The position numbers and the translations under genes are program-made. Shown piece by piece: positions 35,728 through 46,608 of a DNA stretch of 64,000 bases (within the stretch, counting starts at the first letter, position 1; each line of letters opens with the position of its first letter). Under the pieces are notes generated by a model, which did no database searches, was not told the origin of the DNA, and saw nothing but the letters and a program-made list of their open reading frames with translations. This stretch comes from an uncultured Gammaproteobacteria bacterium (GTDB lineage: Bacteria; Patescibacteriota; Patescibacteriia; Patescibacteriales; GWC2-42-12), in contig CAYXNZ010000004.1 of assembly GCA_964467155.1 (NCBI GenBank), forward strand, positions 533 to 64,532, given 5' to 3'.

Positions 35728-36975
35728 TTATTTTATAACTTTTGGTTGGCCTGGAATATATTTTCTCAATGCTTCTGGTATAATAATTGACCCATCTTCT
35801 TGCTGAAATTGTTCAAAAATAGCCGGTAAAAGTCTACTAGTGGCTAAACCAGATGCGTTTAGAGTATGGACAAATTGATTTTCACCTTTATCATAATTCT
35901 TTATACGAATACTACTTCTTCTCGCTTGATAGTCGAGAGCATTTGAAACACTACTTACTTCTTTGTAAATCGCCATGCTTGGTATCCAAACTTCCATATC
36001 AATTGTTTTTGCCATAGCAGCGCTACAATCGCCAGCAGCTAGTTGGCTCGTTTGAAAATGTAAACCTAATCCTTCAATCAATGTTTCAGCGTTTTTTCGT
36101 AATTCTTTAAAAGCGTTCCAGGATTTTTCAGGCTCAGTATATTGAAACATTTCTATTTTATTGAATTGATGCCCACGAATCATTCCCCTCTCCTCTTTTC
36201 TATAGCTACCAGCTTCGCGTCTAAAGCAGGCTGAATAAGCGAAATACTTTAAAGGTAATTCTTTTTTATTAATCATTTCATTACGATGATAATTACCCAA
36301 CATCATTTCCGAAGTGGCATTTAAACAAAGTTTATCTTGTGTCCAAAATAAATCGTCTCGGAATTTTGGTAAATGGCCTGAAGCGAAGGCCGAATCCTCA
36401 TTAAGCAAAAAAGGAGGCAAGATGAATGTATAATTATTTTTAGTATGAAAATCTATAAAATAATTAAGCAACGCCCATTCCAAATGTGCACCCAGACCTT
36501 TGTAAATCCAAAAGTTAGCGCCAGACATCTTAGCTGCTCTTTTATAATCAATAATATCTAAATTAGTTGCCAATTCAACATGATCCTTCGATGTAAATGT
36601 AAATTTTGGTTTTTTACCAAAAGTGTAAATAACTTTGTTATTTTCTTTTCCGCCAGCCTCCACGTCGTCAGTAGGAATATTTGGTAAAGCTGTAATTTTT
36701 TCATCGTACTTTGCCCTTGTAATGTCCAATTTCTTTTCAAGATTTTTTATATTCTCACCAATTTCTTTCATTTTTTTTATAATATCTGGCAATGGCTTGG
36801 TTTTGGAAAATTTATTTCGCTCAGCCTTCAGGATGTCTAGTTGAGAAATCAATTCGCGTCTTTCGTCGTCTAGCTTTAGCAAACCGTCAATGTCTAAATC
36901 TTTTTTAGCCATTCTTTTCAGAAGTGCTTTTTCAACTTTTTTTTTATTTTCTCTAATAAATTTAATATCAAGCAT
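35728..36975 (-). CDS. serS: Seryl-tRNA synthetase
   Basis: 'MLDIKFIREN' N-terminal coiled coil and a class II core ('FRREAGS', 'GLATSR'). Confidence 0.9.
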   Translation of the reverse strand: MLDIKFIRENKKKVEKALLKRMAKKDLDIDGLLKLDDERRELISQLDILKAERNKFSKTKPLPDIIKKMKEIGENIKNLEKKLDITRAKYDEKITALPNIPTDDVEAGGKENNKVIYTFGKKPKFTFTSKDHVELATNLDIIDYKRAAKMSGANFWIYKGLGAHLEWALLNYFIDFHTKNNYTFILPPFLLNEDSAFASGHLPKFRDDLFWTQDKLCLNATSEMMLGNYHRNEMINKKELPLKYFAYSACFRREAGSYRKEERGMIRGHQFNKIEMFQYTEPEKSWNAFKELRKNAETLIEGLGLHFQTSQLAAGDCSAAMAKTIDMEVWIPSMAIYKEVSSVSNALDYQARRSSIRIKNYDKGENQFVHTLNASGLATSRLLPAIFEQFQQEDGSIIIPEALRKYIPGQPKVIK

Positions 36976-37003
36976 ATAAATTATTTTGAATTATTATTTA
37001 ATT

Positions 37004-37423
37004 TTAGGATATTTTTGAAATATCGTTATTTAATATTATTGGTTGCGTTGCAATGATTTCATCCTTATAGCTTACTTCTGGGATTGGAAATAAAAGATAT
37101 ATTTTTTTATTTAATACATGGGCATAGCCTATCTCCATTAGGACTGAGCCGCCGATATAGCCAGGAATATTATTTTTTTCAAAATTACAAATCAGGATTG
37201 CATCTGATTGTTTAATTTTTTCGTAGTACCACCTGAAAGTATCATTATCAATTTTCATCTTAGCATGATTTTTTTTAACCTCTTCTACAATAGTTTTATC
37301 CCCTTCGGCATATTTTTTCATTAATTCATGTGAATAAATTACATGATTTAATTTTTCAAGTTCATGTTTTATTTTTTGTATTTTTTCTGCGTTTGTCTGG
37401 CTACCACAAATAGTAATTTTCAT
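37004..37423 (-). CDS. Hypothetical protein; nucleoside 2-deoxyribosyltransferase-like fold suspected
   Basis: 'ICGS...' and 'SDAILICN....GYIGGSVLMEIGYA..LNKKIYLL' resemble that superfamily's pattern. Confidence 0.35.
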   Translation of the reverse strand: MKITICGSQTNAEKIQKIKHELEKLNHVIYSHELMKKYAEGDKTIVEEVKKNHAKMKIDNDTFRWYYEKIKQSDAILICNFEKNNIPGYIGGSVLMEIGYAHVLNKKIYLLFPIPEVSYKDEIIATQPIILNNDISKIS

Positions 37424-37443
37424 AATTTTTCAGTTTGCTGTTT

Positions 37444-37848
37444 TTAAAATTTTGACGATTTATATATTTCTGGTTGATAAGATTTTAATCTAATAATCTT
37501 GGTGTTTATTAATTTTAGTTCATCTAATTTTTTTCTCAAGTCTTTAGTGAAAGATTTTTGATCATAGCCTAAACAAATAATATCTGGCTTCATGGTTTGT
37601 ATTATTTGATATTTATTAGATAAACTGCCCAGAGTTATCTTACTTTTTGGAAAATGTTTTTTTATTTCTTTTAATCTTTGTTGTTCGCTATTTCGAGGTA
37701 AACTCCCCTTAACATCTTGAACAGTTTTGTCTCGAGCAACAATAATAAAAAGTTCATCGCTATATTTTTTGGCTTGTTTAATGAAATCCTTATGACCTTC
37801 GTGAAAAATATCAAATGTTCCAAAAATCATCACTTTTTGTTGGGACAT
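37444..37848 (-). CDS. Cytidylyl/adenylyltransferase-family protein (HxGH nucleotidyltransferase)
   Basis: 'FGTFDIFHEGH' signature. Confidence 0.55.
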   Translation of the reverse strand: MSQQKVMIFGTFDIFHEGHKDFIKQAKKYSDELFIIVARDKTVQDVKGSLPRNSEQQRLKEIKKHFPKSKITLGSLSNKYQIIQTMKPDIICLGYDQKSFTKDLRKKLDELKLINTKIIRLKSYQPEIYKSSKF

Positions 37849-37852
37849 AATT

Positions 37853-38443
37853 TTATAGACCTAACTTAGATGAAATATTCTGTAATGCTTTTAAGCCAAT
37901 AGTTAAAAAATCATCAATATTTATACCAGCTTTTTCACACTCCATGATAATATCACGATTACAATTAGCAGCAAATGATTTTTGTTTAAACTTCTTTTTT
38001 AGTGATTTAATTTGTACGCTAGCTAATTTTTTATCAGGTTGGACTAAAGCTGAGGCAATAATGAGACCAGTTAATGTTTCAGCGGCAACTAGACAGTATT
38101 CCAATTTAGTTTCGCGAAATTTGTTTTTGTATTCTGGAATAAATTCATTGGCGTAAGCATGAGAAATAATGGAATTAATCAAATATTCGCTTGCTCCAGC
38201 TTCCTTTAATATGTCGACAGCCTTTACACAATGTTGGCTTGGATTATTTTTGGTTTTTTCCCAGTCAATATCATGAAGTAGCCCAATAGTCCCCCATTCA
38301 TCTTCGTTTTCATTAAAACGACTTGCTAGGGCGCGCATAATTGCTTCTGTTTCAACCATGTGCATTTTAATAATATTGTCTTGAATATTATCATTAAGCA
38401 ATTCTTGAGCTTGCTGATAATTTATACCCAATTTATTTTCCAT
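37853..38443 (-). CDS. HD-domain phosphohydrolase
   Basis: 'LLHDIDWE' and a downstream His/Asp pattern. Confidence 0.6.
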   Translation of the reverse strand: MENKLGINYQQAQELLNDNIQDNIIKMHMVETEAIMRALASRFNENEDEWGTIGLLHDIDWEKTKNNPSQHCVKAVDILKEAGASEYLINSIISHAYANEFIPEYKNKFRETKLEYCLVAAETLTGLIIASALVQPDKKLASVQIKSLKKKFKQKSFAANCNRDIIMECEKAGINIDDFLTIGLKALQNISSKLGL

Positions 38444-38453
38444 ATTATAAAAA

Positions 38454-39926
38454 TTATTTTTTTGGCTTCATTAATGGAAACGTTTGGCATTCACGTACAG
38501 TTTTACCTGCCAAAAAAGCGAAAACTCTTTCGCTTAAACCAAAACCACAAGTGGGTGGCATGCCATACTCGAGAGCTTCAACAAAATCATTGTCATACAT
38601 TTGTGCCTCATCATCGCCAGCATCTCGTAGGGCTTGTTGGTCTTTAAATCTGTCTGCTTGGTCAACGGGATCATTCAACTCGCTGTAACCATTACCCAGT
38701 TCTGAACCAGCAATAATTGGTTGAAATCTTTGAGTAATATTTGGATTGTCATCATCTCTTTTTGCTAAAGGTGATATGTCAACTGGTACTCCAACCAGAA
38801 AGCCTGGTCCAGCTATTTGTTTGCGACAATATTTCCATAAATTATCTATAGCTCTAGTTATATTGAAGCCTTTTTTATCGTATTCTATTTTTAGTTCTTT
38901 TAATCTTTTTTCAATTGTCTTGATATCTGCATCAACGATATCTATACCAGTCATTTTTTTGACTGTTTCACGATAGTCGTATTTCTCCCATTTTTTATCC
39001 AAGTCTATATCAAATTTTCCAATTTTAAATTTCAGAGTATTGAAGGTTTTTTGAGCTACATATTTGTATAATTCTTCAGTTAGTTTCATACCGTCTTCAT
39101 AATCAGCATAAGCCCAATAAAATTCCATTTGAGTATAATCCTGCAAGTGTTCGGCATCCATACCTTCATTTCTAAATTGTCGGCCAATTTCAAAAGTTTT
39201 TTCAAATCCAGCAACCATTAATTTTTTTTGCCATAACTCACCCATAGATATTCTTAGATAAACATCCATATTAAGAGCATTATGGTGCGTAACGAATGGT
39301 CTGGCATCGGCGCCACCAGCTGTTATCTCCAGAACAGGTGTTTCCACTTCTTGAAAACCATTATTTACAAGAAATTCACGAATAGAGTTCCAAAAAGTTG
39401 CTTTTTTGCTTATCATTTCTTTTGTTTCTGGATTAAAAAGTATATCTAAATATCTTTTTCGTAATTTTTCTTCTTCATCTTTTAAGCCGTGCCATTTTTC
39501 GGGCAAAGGTCTAATTGCTTTAGTAATAATTTTCCAATCTTTTACCATTAAGCTGTTTTCACCTTTGTGGGTAACAAAACATTCTGTTGTGGCCTCAATA
39601 AAATCTCCAATATTAATTAATTTTGTAAAATTTTTATATGGTTCAACACCGATTTCTTTTTTTGAAAAAGCTAGTTGTATTTGCGCGCTACCGTCATCAA
39701 GATGAGCAAAGCTTAAGTTGCCATGGCTTCTAATACTTCGCAATCTTCCAGCAATATTGAGTTGTTTTTTTTCTTTCTCTAGAGACTTAAAATTATTTAG
39801 AATTTCAACGATTCTAAAATTTCTTTCAGTCTTAGCTGGATAAGGATTAACGCCAAGTTTTTTTAGTTCTTGGAGATTATTTAAGCGCTCTTCTCTCTCG
39901 TTTACTTTGAGCTGTTTGTTATCCAT
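38454..39926 (-). CDS. lysS: Lysyl-tRNA synthetase, class II
   Basis: OB-fold N-domain plus class II motifs ('FRNEG', 'GFGLSERV'). Confidence 0.9.
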   Translation of the reverse strand: MDNKQLKVNEREERLNNLQELKKLGVNPYPAKTERNFRIVEILNNFKSLEKEKKQLNIAGRLRSIRSHGNLSFAHLDDGSAQIQLAFSKKEIGVEPYKNFTKLINIGDFIEATTECFVTHKGENSLMVKDWKIITKAIRPLPEKWHGLKDEEEKLRKRYLDILFNPETKEMISKKATFWNSIREFLVNNGFQEVETPVLEITAGGADARPFVTHHNALNMDVYLRISMGELWQKKLMVAGFEKTFEIGRQFRNEGMDAEHLQDYTQMEFYWAYADYEDGMKLTEELYKYVAQKTFNTLKFKIGKFDIDLDKKWEKYDYRETVKKMTGIDIVDADIKTIEKRLKELKIEYDKKGFNITRAIDNLWKYCRKQIAGPGFLVGVPVDISPLAKRDDDNPNITQRFQPIIAGSELGNGYSELNDPVDQADRFKDQQALRDAGDDEAQMYDNDFVEALEYGMPPTCGFGLSERVFAFLAGKTVRECQTFPLMKPKK

Positions 39927-40076
39927 ATTTTTTATGCAAGCTAAATAAAAAAGGCTATTATTAAGGCCTAAATTTAGTATAATGATGTGTGTATTTTAAC
40001 CTTTATTAGCTAAAAAGTCAAAATTTTGGCAAAACAAAAAACGATTTATAAATAAGCCGTTTTTTTATCTGTGCGT

Positions 40077-40535
40077 TTATTTTATCTTTAAAATTCTATA
40101 TATCGCTTCTCCCTTTGGTGTATTAACAATAACTTTATCACCCTTACTTTTGTCTAAAAAGGTCATACCTAGTGGTGATTCATTTGATATCTTACCTTCG
40201 GTTGGATTAGCTTCATTAAAGCTGACAATGGTAAATTCTTTTTTGATGCCGTCTTTTTCAACTTCAATAGTTGAACCCATACTAACTTTTCCGTTGCTAG
40301 AATGATTTTCTACTATTGTTAGATTTTTTAAAAGCGTGGTTAATTCAACGATCCGACCTTCATTGAAGGCTTGCCCTTCTTTGGCGTCAGTATATTCTGC
40401 ATTTTCACTTAAATCCCCTAATTCTTTAGCTGACTCGATTCGTTGAGCCACCTCCTGACGTTTAATTGTTTTTCTATTTTCAAGTTCAGTTTGTAATTTT
40501 TCATAGCCTTCTGGAGTAATAATTTGATCTTGCAT
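40077..40535 (-). CDS. greA: Transcription elongation factor GreA
   Basis: 'ITPEGYEKLQTELE', 'DLSENAEY' and a C-terminal FKBP-like domain. Confidence 0.9.
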   Translation of the reverse strand: MQDQIITPEGYEKLQTELENRKTIKRQEVAQRIESAKELGDLSENAEYTDAKEGQAFNEGRIVELTTLLKNLTIVENHSSNGKVSMGSTIEVEKDGIKKEFTIVSFNEANPTEGKISNESPLGMTFLDKSKGDKVIVNTPKGEAIYRILKIK

Positions 40536-40603
40536 AATTTAAAAATCGCCTTAAGCGAAATTATTTTTAAAACGTAGTTCAAAATATACAACAAAAATAT
40601 TTT

Positions 40604-42100
40604 TTACGCAAGAGCTTTCTGTTGATAACTCGAATTTTCAGCTAGTATAGCCAAAAATATTATCAATCCAATGCCAAGCGGATGGTTAGTGTAAGGGCTA
40701 AACATATTTAATGCCAAAAGACATACAAGCGATACAATAATTATTAAACTAGTTGAATCAAGGGTTTTTTTAAATGAATAAATAATTATTTTTGTTAATA
40801 ATACTAAGTAAGCGATTAAGCCGAAGATACCTAGTTTAAGCCATGCGTCGAGCCACCCCCATTCAAAAGCATGGGTAGTGTATTGTCCTGAGATACTTGA
40901 TTCTAGGACTCGTGGATCTTGTGAGGTGTAAGTTATAGTTTTACCAAAACCTTGCCCGATGATTGGTGATGTTTTTATTCCTTTCCATAGCTCTGGTAAG
41001 AGCAACCAGCGAGAAGAAGCACCAGCTTCACCAGTTATTTGCGTCATTCTTTGAGTGATAGCACTAGTCGCGCTTATCTCAGTGATTGGTGTTGGCCAAG
41101 GTAATTTTATTATACCAATAATTATAACGCCACTAGTTAAAACAGATAAACATATCAAGGAGACAAGAGAAATGAAATTAAAAACAGATAATTTAGTTTT
41201 TATTAATAGCAAAACTAGCATAACGGCGATTCCAGTCGCCAAACCCACCCAAAAACTTCGAGATAGAGTAATAATTATAGTTGAAAATAATAAACAACCA
41301 GTTAAGAATAGTGAAATAAATTGTTTGTTTGAAAAAGCTGATTTTCCGTTTGTGGTTTTTAAAAATTTTACCAAAGCTATAATAAAAATAAAAATAGCTA
41401 ATAAAATGAATAAATGAGATTGAAAAAATATTCGCGAAAATCCACCACTCATTTGTGTAATCTCCCCTACTCCAGTTGTTCTTATCCAGCGATAAACTTC
41501 ATTAGATAAAAAATAAAAATTATGTGAGAAAAAATATAACAGAAATAGTGTTTCAAAAACTAGCCAAGACATGCAGGCAATAAAAATATTTATAATATCT
41601 TTAATGCTCGTCTTTCCTTTAATTAAATCATAGGCTGGAAAAATCAATAAAAAATAAAGCCAACCATTAAAATCAAAGAAAACATTACTCAATTCATTTT
41701 TTTGTAGTAAACCGTTTATTAATCCCCAGATAATAAATAAAAATAAAGTAGAAAAATAATAAAAGAATTTAGACTTTAAAAAGGTGATGTTAACTTTTTT
41801 AGTTTTAAAATATTCGAGTAATGTTTTGGCTAACCAAATTGACATCACAATAAGCCATAGAGAAATACGAACAGAAATTTTTAATCCTTCGTATTCAAAG
41901 AAAAATAAATAGCCCTTTGAACTAATGAGTAATTCGGCGACTATGAGATATAAACCATACTCAATTTTTTTTAATGAGAGAGCTATTATTCCTAAAATAA
42001 TTATTAAAAATACAAAATTATTTATAGCTGGATAAAAATAAATTACCAGAGATAATAATTCAAAAAATAAAATGTATAGTAATATTTTCTTAATTGACAT
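40604..42100 (-). CDS. O-antigen ligase (Wzy_C)-like membrane protein
   Basis: At least 10 predicted TM helices. 'ITLSRSFWVGL' and 'GQGFGKT' motifs. Confidence 0.6.
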   Translation of the reverse strand: MSIKKILLYILFFELLSLVIYFYPAINNFVFLIIILGIIALSLKKIEYGLYLIVAELLISSKGYLFFFEYEGLKISVRISLWLIVMSIWLAKTLLEYFKTKKVNITFLKSKFFYYFSTLFLFIIWGLINGLLQKNELSNVFFDFNGWLYFLLIFPAYDLIKGKTSIKDIINIFIACMSWLVFETLFLLYFFSHNFYFLSNEVYRWIRTTGVGEITQMSGGFSRIFFQSHLFILLAIFIFIIALVKFLKTTNGKSAFSNKQFISLFLTGCLLFSTIIITLSRSFWVGLATGIAVMLVLLLIKTKLSVFNFISLVSLICLSVLTSGVIIIGIIKLPWPTPITEISATSAITQRMTQITGEAGASSRWLLLPELWKGIKTSPIIGQGFGKTITYTSQDPRVLESSISGQYTTHAFEWGWLDAWLKLGIFGLIAYLVLLTKIIIYSFKKTLDSTSLIIIVSLVCLLALNMFSPYTNHPLGIGLIIFLAILAENSSYQQKALA

Positions 42101-42104
42101 TGTT

Positions 42105-42815
42105 TTATTTTAAATTATGTTTTTGTTTTATGATTTTTTTGGCCTCATTGTACTTTTTTACTTTTGGCAAAAATGTTAAGAATCTATAGGCGAAAGACGG
42201 CAACCAGCTACTCATAGTTTGCTCCTCTTTCCTTTGCACTTTAAATAATGTTTTGTCAATCCAATATCCTTCGTATCCATTTTTTAATATAGTTAACCAT
42301 AAATCCCAATCTTGAAAACGTTTTATATTTTCATCCCAACCTGATTCGGGAAATGCTTCGCGTCGAATAAGAGAAACTGTATTTATATACGGTTCTTTTT
42401 TTAATCTTGTTGAATCAAATTTTCCAACCCGAAACTTTTTAAAACCCCAAACAAAAGACGAGTAGGTATATCCGGCCTCAGGATGTTCTTTTGAGGCATT
42501 TATTTGCTCTTCTAGCATTGTTTGGCTTAAAATTGCATCAGCATCACAGAATAATAAAAAATTGCCACTTGAGAGTCTATAACCAGCATTTCTGGTTTTT
42601 TGAGGACCTTGATTGGTATGTTTGGCGTAAATAAATTTTTTACCTTGTTTTTTGAAGATATTTTGGTATTTTTCGGCAATTAGTGCAGTCTCATCAATTG
42701 AACCGTCATTAATAACAATAACCTCGTAATTATCGTATGATTGTTTCAGAATGCTATCCAAGCAGTCTGACAAAGCTTCGGCTTGATTGTAAACGGGAAT
42801 AATAATTGAAATCAT
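42105..42815 (-). CDS. Family 2 glycosyltransferase
   Basis: 'ISIIIPVYNQ' and the DxD-region 'FCDADA'. Confidence 0.8.
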   Translation of the reverse strand: MISIIIPVYNQAEALSDCLDSILKQSYDNYEVIVINDGSIDETALIAEKYQNIFKKQGKKFIYAKHTNQGPQKTRNAGYRLSSGNFLLFCDADAILSQTMLEEQINASKEHPEAGYTYSSFVWGFKKFRVGKFDSTRLKKEPYINTVSLIRREAFPESGWDENIKRFQDWDLWLTILKNGYEGYWIDKTLFKVQRKEEQTMSSWLPSFAYRFLTFLPKVKKYNEAKKIIKQKHNLK

Positions 42816-43897
42816 GAATTTAAATAATTATACAATATTTTTATTTGATTTTGCCAATTAAATTGTCTAACAACTCTTTCTCTCCCCTGCTCACCGAGTT
42901 TTTTATTTAGGTTTTGATTGTTAGCAATTTTTACAATAGTTTCAGCGATATTGTTACTGTCATTAGGATTTACCAGTAAACCATTAAAGTTATCTTGTAC
43001 AGCATCACCTACTCCCCCACTATTACTAGCGATAACCGACTTACTCATCAGGTTAGCTTCCAGATATACAATACCAAACCCTTCAAAGTCATCATTAATT
43101 TGTCTGGATGGTAAAATAAAAGTGTCGCATAAATTGAGCCAAGCCCATTTTTCTTCTTCTGAAATTTGTCCCAAAAAAGTGACATTTTGAATTACAGTTT
43201 TGTTTTGTTGTAAAATGTTTTTTAGATATTCTTCATCCGGACCAGTACCCGCTATAAAATATTGCAGATTAGGGATATTTTTCAAGACTTTTGGCAAAGC
43301 GTCAATTACACGATCAATTCCCTTCCTTTTTACTAGACGTCCCAAACTAAATAAAACAAATTTATTATCTAGCTGATAGTTGTTTTTTATTTTGTCTACT
43401 AAATTATTATTTATCTTAACTCTGGTATCTATACCAGGATTAACCACTTTTATTTTATTGGTCAAATCTGGAAATTGTTTTTTGATTAAGTCAGCTAAAT
43501 AATTATTACCGCAAATTATTTTTTCAGCATTGGACAATATTAATTTAGATAATATTTTTTTTCTAGTTTTTTTCAAAGCATAAGTAAAATCCATGCCATG
43601 CAGAATTACACTATAACGTAGTTTAATTATTTTTGATAAAAACCAAACAGTTGTACCTAGGGGAAGGATTTGCCCAACAATTATATGATTTATTTTATGA
43701 TTCTTTACTCTTTTCTTTAAGACGAAGAAAGCCGGTAACCATTTTAAGAAAAATAATTTATTATTTATTAACTCGTTATTATTGTTATCTAAAATTTCTA
43801 TATTTTTTTCTGGCCAAAAATCTATTAAATTTTTATAATAATTTGCTACTCCGCCTTTGAATGGTGGATATTCTAGTGTGTATAATAAATATTTCAT
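42812..43897 (-). CDS. GT1/GT4-type glycosyltransferase
   Basis: 'GFGIVYLEANLMSKSVIASNSGG' is an EX7E-type region. It overlaps the next gene by 4 nt. Confidence 0.8.
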   Translation of the reverse strand: MKYLLYTLEYPPFKGGVANYYKNLIDFWPEKNIEILDNNNNELINNKLFFLKWLPAFFVLKKRVKNHKINHIIVGQILPLGTTVWFLSKIIKLRYSVILHGMDFTYALKKTRKKILSKLILSNAEKIICGNNYLADLIKKQFPDLTNKIKVVNPGIDTRVKINNNLVDKIKNNYQLDNKFVLFSLGRLVKRKGIDRVIDALPKVLKNIPNLQYFIAGTGPDEEYLKNILQQNKTVIQNVTFLGQISEEEKWAWLNLCDTFILPSRQINDDFEGFGIVYLEANLMSKSVIASNSGGVGDAVQDNFNGLLVNPNDSNNIAETIVKIANNQNLNKKLGEQGRERVVRQFNWQNQIKILYNYLNS

Positions 43898-43901
43898 ATA
43901 A

Positions 43902-45347
43902 TTAAATATTTTTTTTGAAAAATGATTGAAATATGCTTAAAACATCTTCTCTTTTAAAGCCACCAATAATGAAAAGAATTATAAAATAAATTGAACCGCC
44001 GATAGCGGATAATATAAAAATATTTATTGAATTTTTAAAATAAATTACCGCAAAAAACATAACTAAGGACGCAAACAATGACTTAAAAAATATTTTTAAA
44101 ATAATTGATAGTTTGAAATTTATTATTTTTTTAGCAACAATAATACTTAAAATAAACATAAACAAGCTTGTAAAAACTAGGGTAATGCTAGCACCGACAG
44201 CTTGAAAATGAGGGATTAAAGCCAGATTCATTATTATACTAACTAAGAGAGTTACGCCCATAATAATTGTGTTTTGTTTTTGTTTATCACAGGCATTGAG
44301 TAGTGAACCAACAGGAAAAATTAAGAAAATAAAGGTTAAAGACGCCATTGATATTTGTAGAGGAAGTATAGCCTCATTAAAGCCAGATTTAAAGAGAAGG
44401 ACAATTTTATCTGCTAAAGCAATAATACCAAAGCTTATTGGTAAAGATATAATTGTTAGATAATTTATGGCTCTTTCAAAAGTAATAGTTAGTTGTTGAC
44501 GATTGTTTAGCCAATAGTTACTCATCGCTGGATAAAGAGTAGCAATAAAGGCTAATGGTAAAAATTGTAAAGCAAATATCATCTTGAAAGCCACTTGATA
44601 TAGACCAACATATTTATCTCCAGCCAATAAGGACAAAAAGATTGAATCAAGATACATATAACCTCTCTGAAAAATAGCAAATATACCGAAAGGAATAGAT
44701 AATTTAAATAACGAAATTGCGTATTTTTTATTAAATAATGGAAAAAGCTTCAATTTCCATTTCATTACCAAGAGTAAAGAAGCATAGATAAATTTAATAC
44801 TACTTGCCAAGACTAAGGCAAGCATAATCCAAGATAATCCTTTGCCTAAGTACAAGGAACCAAGACCAAAGATAAAAACAATAACTTGAAACAAAACAGA
44901 AATAACACTTTCATAAGAAAGATTATGATGACCACGAATAATAGAGAAGAAAGACAAGGAAAATGAGTCAAGTATCATACAGATTGATGATAAATAAACC
45001 AATTGTTTAACTAGCTCACTATAACCAAGTAGATTTATAAAAAGAAAAACAGCTAGCCAGCTGATAATTGTTAGAGGAAGTTTTATTGCTAATGTGCCAC
45101 CAAGAAGTTTTTGTGCGCTATTTGGTTTTTTTGCAACTTCACGGGTTAAGATATTTGCTATTCCAAAATCAATAAAAATAGCAAATAAAGTCGTGAAGGA
45201 AATAGCAAAATAATATTTACCTAAATCTTCTGGACCTAAGCCCCGAGCTATTAATGTAAAATAGGAAAAAGAAATGATTTTTTGTAAAACCAAAGCAAAT
45301 GTAAAATATGACGTATTTTTCGCAATATTAGTAATTTTTTCAGTCAT
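43902..45347 (-). CDS. Polysaccharide flippase (Wzx/MOP family)
   Basis: 481 aa with about 12-14 TM helices. The N-terminus 'KNTSYFTFALVLQKIISF' is typical of the family. Confidence 0.7.
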   Translation of the reverse strand: MTEKITNIAKNTSYFTFALVLQKIISFSYFTLIARGLGPEDLGKYYFAISFTTLFAIFIDFGIANILTREVAKKPNSAQKLLGGTLAIKLPLTIISWLAVFLFINLLGYSELVKQLVYLSSICMILDSFSLSFFSIIRGHHNLSYESVISVLFQVIVFIFGLGSLYLGKGLSWIMLALVLASSIKFIYASLLLVMKWKLKLFPLFNKKYAISLFKLSIPFGIFAIFQRGYMYLDSIFLSLLAGDKYVGLYQVAFKMIFALQFLPLAFIATLYPAMSNYWLNNRQQLTITFERAINYLTIISLPISFGIIALADKIVLLFKSGFNEAILPLQISMASLTFIFLIFPVGSLLNACDKQKQNTIIMGVTLLVSIIMNLALIPHFQAVGASITLVFTSLFMFILSIIVAKKIINFKLSIILKIFFKSLFASLVMFFAVIYFKNSINIFILSAIGGSIYFIILFIIGGFKREDVLSIFQSFFKKNI

Positions 45348-45373
45348 GATATAATTTTAGCACAAGATTAAGG

Positions 45374-45401
45374 AATAAAAAAGAAGATCTCTTTCGAGAC
45401 C
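45374..45401 (-). terminator. Intrinsic terminator after rpsI
   Basis: On the minus strand: GGTCTC-GAAA-GAGATC followed by TTCTTTTTT. Confidence 0.6.
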
Positions 45402-45431
45402 AACTTTTTATATAAGATAAGACAAAGTGTA

Positions 45432-45881
45432 TTAACGTTTGCTCCATTGAGGAGCTCTTCTAGCTTTTTTCAATCCTGGTTTCTTCCTTTCTTTTCTACG
45501 AGCATCACGAGTCAATAATTCTTTAGTTTTTAAAGTATCTCTTAATTTTTCATCCAATTTTATTAAAGCTCTAGCAATTCCATGGCTGGCAGCGACGGCT
45601 TGTCCATTTTTTCCTCCGCCAGTAACAATTATGGAAAGATTCAAATCTTTTTGCAATCCAGTTAATTTCAAGGGTTGTTCGACTGTTGAAACTAAGTCGC
45701 TTGTATGAAAATATTTTTTGATTTTTTGATTATTAACGACGATATCGCCTTGTCCATTTTTATATAAACGAACTTGAGCGACTGAAGTTTTTCGTCTGCC
45801 AATAGCTGGAATATATTTACCCTTGAATTGAACCGTCTCTTCTACTTGTTTATCGGTTTGTTTTTCTTTTTTTTCTGGCAT
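45432..45881 (-). CDS. rpsI: 30S ribosomal protein S9
   Basis: 'GRRKTSVAQVRL' and the C-terminus 'KKARRAPQWSKR'. Confidence 0.95.
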   Translation of the reverse strand: MPEKKEKQTDKQVEETVQFKGKYIPAIGRRKTSVAQVRLYKNGQGDIVVNNQKIKKYFHTSDLVSTVEQPLKLTGLQKDLNLSIIVTGGGKNGQAVAASHGIARALIKLDEKLRDTLKTKELLTRDARRKERKKPGLKKARRAPQWSKR

Positions 45882-45885
45882 AATA

Positions 45886-46242
45886 TTATTTTATCAGTAA
45901 TCTTTTTAGCATGTTATTTCTTAATTTTGTTGGTGGGAGCATATCCCTGACAGCTCTTTTTAGTATTTCTGAAGGTTTTGAGGTAAACAAATCTTTTATT
46001 TTAGTTTCCTTAAGTCCACCTTGATAACCTGAATAATGATAATATTTTTTTTGGTCTATTTTTTTTCCGGTAAATTTAAGTTTATTAACATTTTCAACCT
46101 CTACTATATCACCCATATCTAGATGTGGTTCGTATTCAGCTTTATTTTTACCACGAAGAATAATAGCAATCCGAGAAGCTAATCTTCCAGCTGATTCATT
46201 TGTAGCATCAAATTTATGTAATTTTCTTTCAATTTTTTTCAT
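45886..46242 (-). CDS. rplM: 50S ribosomal protein L13
   Basis: 'GRLASRIAIILRGK' and 'YYHYSGYQGG'. Confidence 0.9.
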   Translation of the reverse strand: MKKIERKLHKFDATNESAGRLASRIAIILRGKNKAEYEPHLDMGDIVEVENVNKLKFTGKKIDQKKYYHYSGYQGGLKETKIKDLFTSKPSEILKRAVRDMLPPTKLRNNMLKRLLIK

Positions 46243-46252
46243 ATTTATATTT

Positions 46253-46603
46253 TTATGTCAATTCAATCTGTACTACGGGGGCTCCATCACCTTCTCGATT
46301 ACCTATTTTGATTATTCTAGTGTAACCGCCTTTGGTGTTTTTATAACGTTCGCCCAAAAGTTCAATAGCTTTTTTTACGGCCATTCTTTGTGGTAAAGTT
46401 GCTATTAATTTCTTTTTAGCGCTTAAATCGTTTTTCTTAGCAGCAGTAATCATTTTTTCAACTAAGGATCTGACGGCTTTAGCTTTTGTTTCAGTAGTTT
46501 TTACTTTTTCATAAATTAAAATACTTGAGGCTAAATTTCTTAACATCATTTCTCTTGAAGCTTTTGGTCGCCCAAATCTTTTGGCTGTTTTTTTATGCAT
46601 CAT
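46253..46603 (-). CDS. rplQ: 50S ribosomal protein L17
   Basis: 'RFGRPKASREMMLRNL' and 'GGYTRI'. Confidence 0.9.
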   Translation of the reverse strand: MMHKKTAKRFGRPKASREMMLRNLASSILIYEKVKTTETKAKAVRSLVEKMITAAKKNDLSAKKKLIATLPQRMAVKKAIELLGERYKNTKGGYTRIIKIGNREGDGAPVVQIELT

Positions 46604-46608
46604 AAAGT

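Noticed and set aside
39927-40076. T-box or L-box type leader upstream of lysS.
   Set aside because: Only ~70 nt lie between the putative promoter (TTGACT-N17-TAAAAT, 40021-39993) and the start codon, which is too short. No specifier/antiterminator architecture is present.
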